Under the pieces are notes generated by a model that was not told where the DNA came from, made no database searches, and saw only the letters and a list, made by a program, of their open reading frames with translations. A stretch of DNA of 64,000 nucleotides from a bacterium. Its GTDB lineage: Bacteria; Electryoneota; Electryoneia; Electryoneales; Electryoneaceae. The DNA is taken from assembly GCA_963669175.1 (NCBI GenBank), contig OY769902.1, forward strand, positions 2,368,001-2,432,000, read 5' to 3'. The position numbers and the translations under genes are program-made. This document shows positions 41,364 to 49,800 of the stretch, one piece after another; position 1 is the stretch's first letter; each line of letters opens with the position of its first letter.

Positions 41364-42449
41364 ATGGCTGAAGCCATGCAAGAACGCATTACCGATATCG
41401 GCCCGCCGGATTATAAGAAGTTCCTTCCTCCGGTGATCGAGAAGAATTACGGCCAGTGGAAGTACCATGAAATCCTGGAACCGGGGATCATGGTTCACGT
41501 AGCGGAGTCCGGTGACAAGCTCTATACCGTTCGTTGCGGTTCCCCCCGTCTGGTCTCGACCAATTCAATCCGTTTCTACACGAGCATTGCAGATAAATAT
41601 TGCGACGGTTACCTGCGTTTCACCAGCCGCCACAATGTTGAGTTCTTGACCACAGTGGAAGAGAATGCCCAGAAGATCAAAGAAGAGATGACTGCTTACG
41701 GTAACCCCGTTGGTGGTATGGGCAATTCCATCACCAGTATCGTTCACACCCAGGGTTGGGTCCACTGCCACAGTGCAGCCACGGACGCTTCCGGTGTTGT
41801 GAAGTCGGTCATGGACGAATTGTTTGAGTACTTCTCTGAAATGAAGCTTCCGGGCAAGTGCCGCATCGCGTTGGCGTGCTGCCTGAACATGTGTGGTGCG
41901 GTCCACTGCTCCGACATCGCTATTCTGGGTGTCCACACACGTCCGCCGCGCATTGATCACAACAACCTGAACAAGCTGTGTGAAATCCCGAACGTGTCGG
42001 CTTCCTGCCCGACCGCCGCGATTCGCCCGGCGACAGTCGACGGCAAGCCGTCCGTCGAAATCATTGAAGATCAGTGCATGTTCTGTGCGAACTGCTTCAC
42101 CGTCTGCCCGGCCATGCCTATGGCAAATCCGGACACTGACGGTGTTTCAATCTGGGTTGGTGGCAAGGTTTCGAACGCCCGTTGCGAACCGAAGTTCTCG
42201 AAACTGGCCGTTCCGTTCATTCCGAACAACCCGCCGCGTTGGCCTGAGGTGACCGGCGCTGTCAAGAAGATCGTGGAAGTATGGGCTGCGAATGCAAGGC
42301 CGTACGAACGTATCGGTGAATGGATCGATCGTGTTGGCTGGCCGCGTTTCTTCAAGCTGACCGGCTTCGAATTCCAGAAAGAACACATCGACGACTTCAA
42401 GTACGCTGGTCTGAGCTTCAAACGTAGCGCCCATATCACCCACGAGTAA
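41364..42449 (+). CDS. dsrB: Dissimilatory sulfite reductase beta subunit
   Basis: [63 protein letters not shown]. Confidence 0.99.
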   Translation: MAEAMQERITDIGPPDYKKFLPPVIEKNYGQWKYHEILEPGIMVHVAESGDKLYTVRCGSPRLVSTNSIRFYTSIADKYCDGYLRFTSRHNVEFLTTVEENAQKIKEEMTAYGNPVGGMGNSITSIVHTQGWVHCHSAATDASGVVKSVMDELFEYFSEMKLPGKCRIALACCLNMCGAVHCSDIAILGVHTRPPRIDHNNLNKLCEIPNVSASCPTAAIRPATVDGKPSVEIIEDQCMFCANCFTVCPAMPMANPDTDGVSIWVGGKVSNARCEPKFSKLAVPFIPNNPPRWPEVTGAVKKIVEVWAANARPYERIGEWIDRVGWPRFFKLTGFEFQKEHIDDFKYAGLSFKRSAHITHE

Positions 42450-42464
42450 AGAGGAGGTGATACC

Positions 42465-42716
42465 ATGGCGATGACAGTAGAACAGATCGCTGATGCCATG
42501 TATAAGCAGGTCGCAGAAGCCCAGGAAATGGGCAAGAAGCTGAAGCCCGGCGACCTGACCAAGCTGATGCTTGGCGCTTATGAAGAAGATGGCGTCGACA
42601 AAAAAATGTGCAAGGCCGCGATCAAGGAACTGGTGAACAGCGGACGTTGCGTCTACACCTATTTCGGTGGCAGCTATCTTGAACTGCCCCGTAAAGAAGG
42701 CGCATCCAACGACTGA
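42465..42716 (+). CDS. dsrD: DsrD (DsrAB activator)
   Basis: 83 aa directly after dsrB. KLKPGDL...CKAAIKELVNSGRCVYTYFGGSY winged-helix pattern. Confidence 0.85.
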   Translation: MAMTVEQIADAMYKQVAEAQEMGKKLKPGDLTKLMLGAYEEDGVDKKMCKAAIKELVNSGRCVYTYFGGSYLELPRKEGASND

Positions 42717-42781
42717 TACCAGTCCGTAAGTAATTGATAACGGACTTGTTAAGATTGTTGATTTCGCAGATTGTGTCTGCT

Positions 42782-42809
42782 GCCGCTCGCTTGAGATCAA
42801 GCGAGCGGC
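42782..42809 (+). other. Strong GC hairpin between dsrD and dsrL
   Basis: GCCGCTCGCTTGA-ga-TCAAGCGAGCGGC, with no U-tract. Confidence 0.7.
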
Positions 42810-42914
42810 GGTCGCACATTCTGGACTTCGATACCGCTGGGGGGCGGTGGGCCGCGGAAAGGTACGGTCTAACCTGACCGACGTTTCATCGCTATTGAAC
42901 TAGAGGAACGCCAG

Positions 42915-44657
42915 ATGGCAATCGCAAGAAAAGAGAAGAAGAAACTCAAGACCAAGAGTCTTGGATCCGGCTCCGGTGCGTCGACACGGTCGATGTCCGA
43001 TCTGCGACCGGATCATGTGGAAAAGCTCGCCCCCTGTATGTCCAACTGTCCCCAGGGAACTGCCGTTCGGGACGCGTTCAATATCATCCGGTTGTACGAG
43101 AAGCACGGAAAGACCAAAGAAGAGGCATACACCGACGCTTTTTACAAGTGGACAGAAAACAACCCGATGCCGGCGGTGTTGGGTCGTGTTTGCCCCCATC
43201 CGTGTGAGATCAATTGTAACCGGATTCATCGGACCGATTCGAATGAACCGGTTTCGATCAACCAGATTGAACGGTTCATTGGTGACTGGGCGCTGGAACA
43301 GAAGCTTCCGTTGGTGAAACGTGACGATGCGGAAGAGTACAGTGAAAAGGTTGCCGTGATCGGTTCCGGTCCTGCCGGACTGGGAGCTGCGTTCCATCTC
43401 GCAAAGCGTGGATACAAGGTGACGATTTTTGAAGCCTTGAAGAATCCGGGCGGTATGCTTCGGTATGGTATCCCGGCTTATCGTCTGCCTCGCGAGGTCA
43501 TCAGTGCGGAAATACAGCGCATTCTGGACCTGGGTGTCGAGCTGAAAACCGAAACCATCATCGGTAAGGATGTCCCTTACGACAAGCTCACGGAAGAGTT
43601 TGACGCCGTGTTTGTCGGTATCGGGGCGCACAAGGGCAAAATGCTGCGTGTTCCCGGTGAAGATGCGGACAATGTCCTGTCCGGTGTTGAGTTTCTGAAC
43701 CAGTTGAATTCCGGAAATCCGCCTGAAATCGGTGACAAGGTTGTCGTGGTCGGTGGTGGTGACTCGGCGATGGACGCTGCACGTTCCTGTCTGCGGATGG
43801 GCGCGGATGTGACCGTCGTTTACCGTCGTACCCGTAACGAGATGCCTGCTATTGAAGAGGATATCGTTGGCGCCGAAGATGAAGGCATCAAGTTTAACTT
43901 CCTTTGCACGCCGGTTGAAGTGTTCAAAGATGATGATAACAAGGCCACGAGCATCAAGTGCCAGAAGATGGAACTTGGTGAACCGGATGATTCCGGTCGT
44001 CGGCGCCCAGTCCCCATCGACGAATTCTTCGATCTGGACATCACATTCCTGATTCCGTCCATCAGCCAGGAACCCGACTTTGACGGGCTGGAGAACCTGA
44101 AGGCCGGACCACGTGAATGGGTCCATGCGGACGAGTTCATGCAGTCGACAGACTGTGACTGCTTCTTCCTCGCCGGTGGTGACGTGCTGGATCTTGGCCT
44201 GGTTACAACTGCGTTGGGCCAGGGCAAGCGCGCTGCACAGACCATTCACCAGCGTTTCCGCGGGCTTCCGATTCAGTTTGATTCGAAGCCGGAAGTTATT
44301 GAACCGAAAACCTGGAAGAGCGATGTGGATGGCACCGAGCACCACAACCTGCTTCCCGGTTACTTCGCCGAAACAGAACGTGTTGAAAAGCATGAACTGC
44401 CGGTTGAAGATCGTTTCAAGGATGCGGAAAAGGAAATCGTGGAGACCATCACCGAAGATGAGGTCTTCGCGGAACTTGCACGCTGTCTGAGTTGTGGGAA
44501 GTGTGTGGAATGCGGCCAGTGCTGGACGTATTGCCAGGACGCTTGTGTAGTGAAGCCTTTGAAGCCGGGCGAGAAGTACAAGTTCAAGCTCGAAAACTGC
44601 AAAGGTTGTGGCAAATGCGAGGAAGTGTGCCCCTGTGGGTACATTGACATGAAGTAG
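42915..44657 (+). CDS. dsrL: DsrL iron-sulfur flavoprotein (DsrL-2-like, YRR motif)
   Basis: N-terminal PC..CP and GRVCPHPCE..CNR. FAD GSGPAG. NAD(P) GGGDSA followed by VVYRRTR. C-terminal CLSCGKCVECGQC and CKGCGKCEEVCPCG ferredoxin. Lies inside the dsr operon. Confidence 0.9.
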   Translation: MAIARKEKKKLKTKSLGSGSGASTRSMSDLRPDHVEKLAPCMSNCPQGTAVRDAFNIIRLYEKHGKTKEEAYTDAFYKWTENNPMPAVLGRVCPHPCEINCNRIHRTDSNEPVSINQIERFIGDWALEQKLPLVKRDDAEEYSEKVAVIGSGPAGLGAAFHLAKRGYKVTIFEALKNPGGMLRYGIPAYRLPREVISAEIQRILDLGVELKTETIIGKDVPYDKLTEEFDAVFVGIGAHKGKMLRVPGEDADNVLSGVEFLNQLNSGNPPEIGDKVVVVGGGDSAMDAARSCLRMGADVTVVYRRTRNEMPAIEEDIVGAEDEGIKFNFLCTPVEVFKDDDNKATSIKCQKMELGEPDDSGRRRPVPIDEFFDLDITFLIPSISQEPDFDGLENLKAGPREWVHADEFMQSTDCDCFFLAGGDVLDLGLVTTALGQGKRAAQTIHQRFRGLPIQFDSKPEVIEPKTWKSDVDGTEHHNLLPGYFAETERVEKHELPVEDRFKDAEKEIVETITEDEVFAELARCLSCGKCVECGQCWTYCQDACVVKPLKPGEKYKFKLENCKGCGKCEEVCPCGYIDMK

Positions 44658-44726
44658 AACCTGATTCGATAGAAGTTAGGTAAAATGACGTCCGTATAAG
44701 GGCGCCAAAGCGGAGGAGTACTACTC

Positions 44727-45050
44727 ATGGCTATGTTTTTTGAGTATGGTGACGGCAAAAAAGTCGACATCGACGAGGACGGCTTCATTCAAGAACCAGA
44801 TAACTGGAATGAAGAACTCGCGGTTGCACTGGCTGAAACCGAAGGCGTGACCGAGATGACTGATGAACACTGGCGTCTGGTCAACTATCTGCGTGACTAC
44901 TACCAGCAGTACGGGATTGCCCCGATGGTCCGCAAGCTTTGTAAAGAGACCAAGATTCCTCTCAAGCGTGTTTATGAGCTGTATCCGTCAGGCCCAGCGA
45001 AGGGCGCTTGCAAGGTCGCCGGCCTGCCGAAGCCAACCGGTTGTGTCTGA
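44727..45050 (+). CDS. dsrC: DsrC sulfur carrier
   Basis: DEDGF...HW..V.YLR.YY...AP. C-terminus GPAKGACKVAGLPKPTGCV retains both cysteines (CX10C). Confidence 0.97.
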   Translation: MAMFFEYGDGKKVDIDEDGFIQEPDNWNEELAVALAETEGVTEMTDEHWRLVNYLRDYYQQYGIAPMVRKLCKETKIPLKRVYELYPSGPAKGACKVAGLPKPTGCV

Positions 45051-45065
45051 TCAACTGGCGCTGAC

Positions 45066-46457
45066 ATGATATGTCCATCAATCGCGGTGGCCGGTCTGGG
45101 GGGAGACAGTGGTAAAACTCTTGTCTCACTCGGACTGGCCGCCGCGTTTTCCTCTCGCGGTTTCCGGGTCGCCCCGTTCAAGAAAGGCCCGGACTATATC
45201 GACGCTGCCTGGTTGAGCGCCGCCGGGAAACGTACGTGCCGCAACCTCGACACTTTCCTCATGGATGAAGATGTCATCCTTGATACCTGGCAACGCGAGT
45301 GCGAAGACGCCGATATCGCCATCATGGAAGGGAATCGTGGCATCTTTGACGGTATGGATGCTGCGGGAAGTCACTCTACAGCCACCCTGGCAAAGCTGGT
45401 TGGGGCGCCGGTCCTGCTGGTTATCAATGTGACCAAGATGACCCGCACCGTTGCCGCTATTGTCAAAGGTGTGCAGGCGCTTGATCCTGAATTGGATATC
45501 CTGGGCATTGTGCTGAACCGGGTCGCAGGCAAACGTCACCGTGAAGTTATAACCGAAGCGATCAGGATTGAAACCGGACTGCCGGTATTGGGCGCGATCC
45601 CCAAGCTCAAGCTGGATATGATTCCGGGCCGCCATCTCGGACTTGTCACGACCGATGAGCACCCGGACGTCGCCCAGGCCATCCGGAATGCCCGCGATGT
45701 TGCGCTGGAACACCTGGCTATCGACAGGATCGAAGTAGAACTGCGGCAACGCCCTGCTTCCATGATGCTGTCGCAATTGCGAGACAGTGCTTCAATTGCA
45801 CGTTATCAGCGTCCTGTTTGCCGTATTGGTGTGGTACGAGACGCGGCCTTTCCTTTTTACTACCCGGAAAATCTGGAAGCGTTGGAAGATGGCGGCGCGG
45901 AACTGATATATATCAGTGCGTTGAAGGATAAATCGCTGCCTGAAAACATTGATGCGCTCTATATCGGTGGCGGTTTTCCGGAAACACATTTGCCGCAACT
46001 TGCAACCAATAGGGAGTTTCTCGATTCACTGCGAGAAGCTTCGTTGGACCGGAAGTTGCCTGTTTACGCTGAATGCGGCGGGTTGATGCTGTTATGCCGC
46101 AGTCTTGAGTATAAGGGGCAGACGTGGGAGCTGGCGAATGTCTTCCCGGTTGACATCGGCTGGTCGAAAAAACCACGCGGGCATGGCTATTCGGTTGGCG
46201 TAATTGATGGTGAGAACCCGTATTATCCGGTTGGGACAGAGATCAAGGGCCATGAATTCCACTACTCGTTCATCGATAAGATGGACAATACCGCGGCGGA
46301 TGGATCTGTTGTCAACCTTCAACGTGGCAGTGGAATCGGCGATAAACGGGATGGACTGTACACAGCGAATACCCTTGCGCTGTATACGCATGTTCATGCT
46401 GCCGGACTGAAGGAATGGGCGCAGGGGATGCTGAAGGCTGCGAAATTAAGAGGGTAA
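45066..46457 (+). CDS. dsrN: DsrN siroheme amidase (cobyrinate a,c-diamide synthase family)
   Basis: GDSGKT, FKKGPDYID, EGNRGIFDG, RHLGL, FYYPEN, YAECGGLM, GHEFHYS, YTHVH. Lies in the dsr operon. Confidence 0.92.
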   Translation: MICPSIAVAGLGGDSGKTLVSLGLAAAFSSRGFRVAPFKKGPDYIDAAWLSAAGKRTCRNLDTFLMDEDVILDTWQRECEDADIAIMEGNRGIFDGMDAAGSHSTATLAKLVGAPVLLVINVTKMTRTVAAIVKGVQALDPELDILGIVLNRVAGKRHREVITEAIRIETGLPVLGAIPKLKLDMIPGRHLGLVTTDEHPDVAQAIRNARDVALEHLAIDRIEVELRQRPASMMLSQLRDSASIARYQRPVCRIGVVRDAAFPFYYPENLEALEDGGAELIYISALKDKSLPENIDALYIGGGFPETHLPQLATNREFLDSLREASLDRKLPVYAECGGLMLLCRSLEYKGQTWELANVFPVDIGWSKKPRGHGYSVGVIDGENPYYPVGTEIKGHEFHYSFIDKMDNTAADGSVVNLQRGSGIGDKRDGLYTANTLALYTHVHAAGLKEWAQGMLKAAKLRG

Positions 46458-46461
46458 AAGA

Positions 46462-46745
46462 TCTTCCTCGCAAGAATTTATGCGCATTTTGAGGTAGGAG
46501 CAGCCCTTCCAAATAGTACATATGGAGTGTTTCGAATGCTTAAGACTAACGGAACACGCTACTTTTTCTACTGATCGCTTATGCTGTGTTGTTCAAGGCT
46601 TCATTTTACACATTGCTGATTTTTGTTTTAAATCACGCCAGAATGCCATCCATGTGATTTCTCATCAGTTTGAAAAAGATCTTCGTTGGCTTCAGACAGT
46701 TGTTCCCTACCTTTCGGAACCAATAGCTATTTGCTTCTTCAGTAT
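46462..46745 (-). pseudogene. Decayed ISL3-family transposase 3' end with terminal inverted repeat
   Basis: Minus-strand reading WFRKVGNNCLKPTKIFFKLMRNHMDGILA*FKTKISNV*NEALNNTA*AISRKSSVFR*...LEGLLLPQNAHKFL resembles the ISL3 C-terminus (SNG..E.LNN..K...R...GFR). It has several in-frame stops. Confidence 0.7.
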
Positions 46746-46820
46746 ATTAGCTATCCAACAGTAGTCTTGTTTTAAAACAATTATACAAGCAGCGTTGTAC
46801 ATTCAAGAATTACGAGTGTT

Positions 46821-49800
46821 TCAATCAGTATAACCGATTGCTATGTTTACATCATTGATGTCTACCTTTTGCTGGTGTTGAAGAAGGCTGATCGCTTTCG
46901 CAATACGTTCCTCAACATTCACACCTGTTCGTTGAAAACCGAATAGCTTTGCAGTTGCACGGATTAGCTCGTCCTTTGGAGCGCTAATCTCTTCATGAAG
47001 GATATATAGTATTGAATTGGCGATTTCCTCGACAGGAAGGTCGCTTGCATCCCTGAAGGATAGCTTGTCCTTCCCAGGAACACGGAAATCTCCATAGTTC
47101 CTTTTACTTGCCTCTCCATTCCAAAGAAATTCTCCGCTGTCTGTTTTCTGGACATAGACCTCGTTATGAGGAATAAGCTTGTGAACATATTCCACGGCTT
47201 TGGAGGTAACGCGTCCGAAATTCCAGAAGCTTGTTACTCGTCTCGCAGTAAGATTGAGACTGACCGGGGCTTCCTGTTGAACAACCTCAAGAATTTTCAG
47301 CCGGATCAGGTTTCGGTTATGGTCGAAGTAGAATTCATCAGGTTGAGCCACAATTGCGTTCACTGGCACAGGTTTGTATACAGGAAGATGGGGTGCCTTA
47401 GGGGTTGTTTCGCGGTTCTGCTCGCATTGGAAATGCTTTGTGGTTGCTTCGTTGTTGTCTGTCCTCATTCCATTTGCATGTGGTTGTATTGCTTTGGGAA
47501 CATCATTGCGAGACAGTTCTGCCTGCTCAATGGCATCCACAAGCTTTTGCATCTCATGCTGTGGGTCATTCCACCAATCGGAGGACCAGATACGGTGCAG
47601 CTTCCACCCAAGGCCACGAAGGACGGATTCACGGAGCTTATCGCGGTCCCTGGCAGTCTTGGCACGGTGGTACATGGCTCCATCACATTCTACACCAAGC
47701 AGGTAGCGGCCAGGGGCTTCAGGATCAACAACCGCAAGGTCAATACGGTATCGCGCTGTACCAACTTGTTTGTGGACCTGGTAACCGCGTCGGTCCAACT
47801 CGTTGAATACCTCCTCTTCAAAAGGCGAGTCAAAATCAGCTTCCAGGTCGAGCTGAACAGCTTCCGCGATTGCTGATGTACCACGCTGAGCGTAGTTCAG
47901 GAAAAGCTTCAAATCCTTCACACCTCTTGCCTGGGTACGTGCGAGGTCAATCTGATCAGCTTGAAGAGTAGAAAAGACCAATACTTCTCGCCTTGCTCTG
48001 GTAATAGCAACATTCAGTCTACGCTCGCCACCATCCTTGTTCATCGGTCCAAAGTTCATCGATACATTTCCAGCTAAATCTGGACCATAGCAAATGGAAA
48101 ACAGAATCACGTCTCGTTCGTCGCCCTGAACATTCTCCAAATTCTTGACGAAAACAGGTTCTACGCAACTATCTCCGAAGAAGGCTTCCAAGGATTCATC
48201 TTGACCACGTTCGATATCAAGGAGATCTTCAATCAGCTTCTGCTGTGCCTGACTGAAGGTGACAATGCCGATGGATGATTGAGAAAGCTTCTCATCATGA
48301 AGGCGCTGTATCACCTCACATACGACCGCCTTCGCTTCCGCTCGATTTGTTCTCGATTTGCCTTTATCGTAAACACCTTCTGGGACGTGAATCCATTTCA
48401 CCCCCATTCCGGTAAGATCGGAGGAGGGGAAGGTGAAGAGACGATTCCCATAGTAGTTGTAATTGCTGAAGGTGATCAGACTTTCATGACGGCTGCGGTA
48501 GTGCCAGTCCAGCGTTCGCAGCGGAATACCAGCACCGAAACATTCATCAAGGATACTCTCGATTCCCGCATCAAGGTTAAGGTCCTCATCAACGTCTTCC
48601 TCATCCGAACGGTTGAAGAAATTGGTTGGGGGAAGTTGTTTAGGGTCGCCGACCACCACCGCCTGTTTACCTCGAGCGATTGCCCCAATCGCATCCCATA
48701 CAGGAATCTGGGATGCCTCGTCAAAAACAATCAGGTCAAAGGGTGGATATTGTGAATCGAGATATTGGGCAACTGAAATCGGACTCATGAGGAGGCAAGG
48801 TTTCAATTTGGGGAGAAGACCGGGGATACTCTGAAACAATTTACGGACGGCCATGTGTGCCCGCCGTTTGTTGATCTCACGCTTCAGAATTCCCAGTTCG
48901 CTTGTCGGCATGTCAAAGTGAGAGTTGCGCGGAATCTTCTCTCCTAGTTTTGCCCTTATTAGTGCTTTTGTCAGGTCCTCGTATTTGTCGTCTATTTCTC
49001 TAAACTTCTGAATCCTTTGTTCGTGTTCAGCGGAGGAGAACTGACGAAGGACTGATTCGGAGTCAACGACGGCATTATACCACCACTCCGTATAACTTCT
49101 CTCGAAAACCCGGCGAAGCTGGGATGTTTGAATCTTGCCCGATTCATAAGCCTCGACAATCATAGACAGGTCAAGCGATATGGCTTCTTCACGCTTTCTG
49201 AGCCAGGCAGTCCAATTACGCAGTTGGTTGATGGATTTGCTCCAAAGATTGGTCTGATGCAGATGGTTTTCAATCATCCCTGTCGCGGTATTGTCACCCC
49301 AGGCTAATTCAGGAATGATGGTGGCGAGATCGATTAAAGAAGTACGCGCTTCAAAGAAATCAGTCCACGCCTGATTAAACGTCTTCAATCGGTTATAGAG
49401 CCCCCCACCCGCTCTCAGTTGATCATGTCCTTCGGTTAGAATTCTTGCCCATTTTATACGCAGATCAGATGCTTGGCCGAAATCATCTCCTGCCAAACGA
49501 TGTACGTGACTACGCAGGATATCGATCCAACAAAGAATGGATTCGACTTTATCCCAGTCTGCATCTCCATTAAGCCAATGGGATCCCAGTACTTCATTTG
49601 CTTGCACGCTGACACTATTGAGGAGATGCTGTTCACGGTGGTACTCAATAGCATCATTTAGTAGCGATTTGATCTCAACTTTCTTTGGTTTCCTTCCATC
49701 TATCGCGACTTCTGCCAATGCTTTCCGGATCGGACGCCGTTTCCACCAAGCGACCAACGCCCAAGAATCTTCCGCTTGATGTAATTGGTCCAAGTGGGCT

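Noticed and set aside
42900-44393. 497-aa antisense ORF over dsrL (similarly 40210-41346, 27819-29030, 22550-23383, 7892-9046)
   Set aside because: These are shadow ORFs opposite well-supported genes with strong codon bias, and they show no recognisable motifs.
42915-44657. Glutamate synthase small subunit (gltD) or generic NfnB call
   Set aside because: The C-terminal double ferredoxin extension and the position between dsrD and dsrC indicate DsrL.
45066-46457. Cobalamin biosynthesis cbiA/cobB
   Set aside because: It belongs to the same family, but the dsr context and absence of other cob/cbi genes favour DsrN.
40108-46457. Reverse (oxidative) Dsr system because dsrL is present
   Set aside because: dsrD is present and dsrEFH is absent from the operon. 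Direction cannot be proven from sequence, but the oxidative type is less supported.
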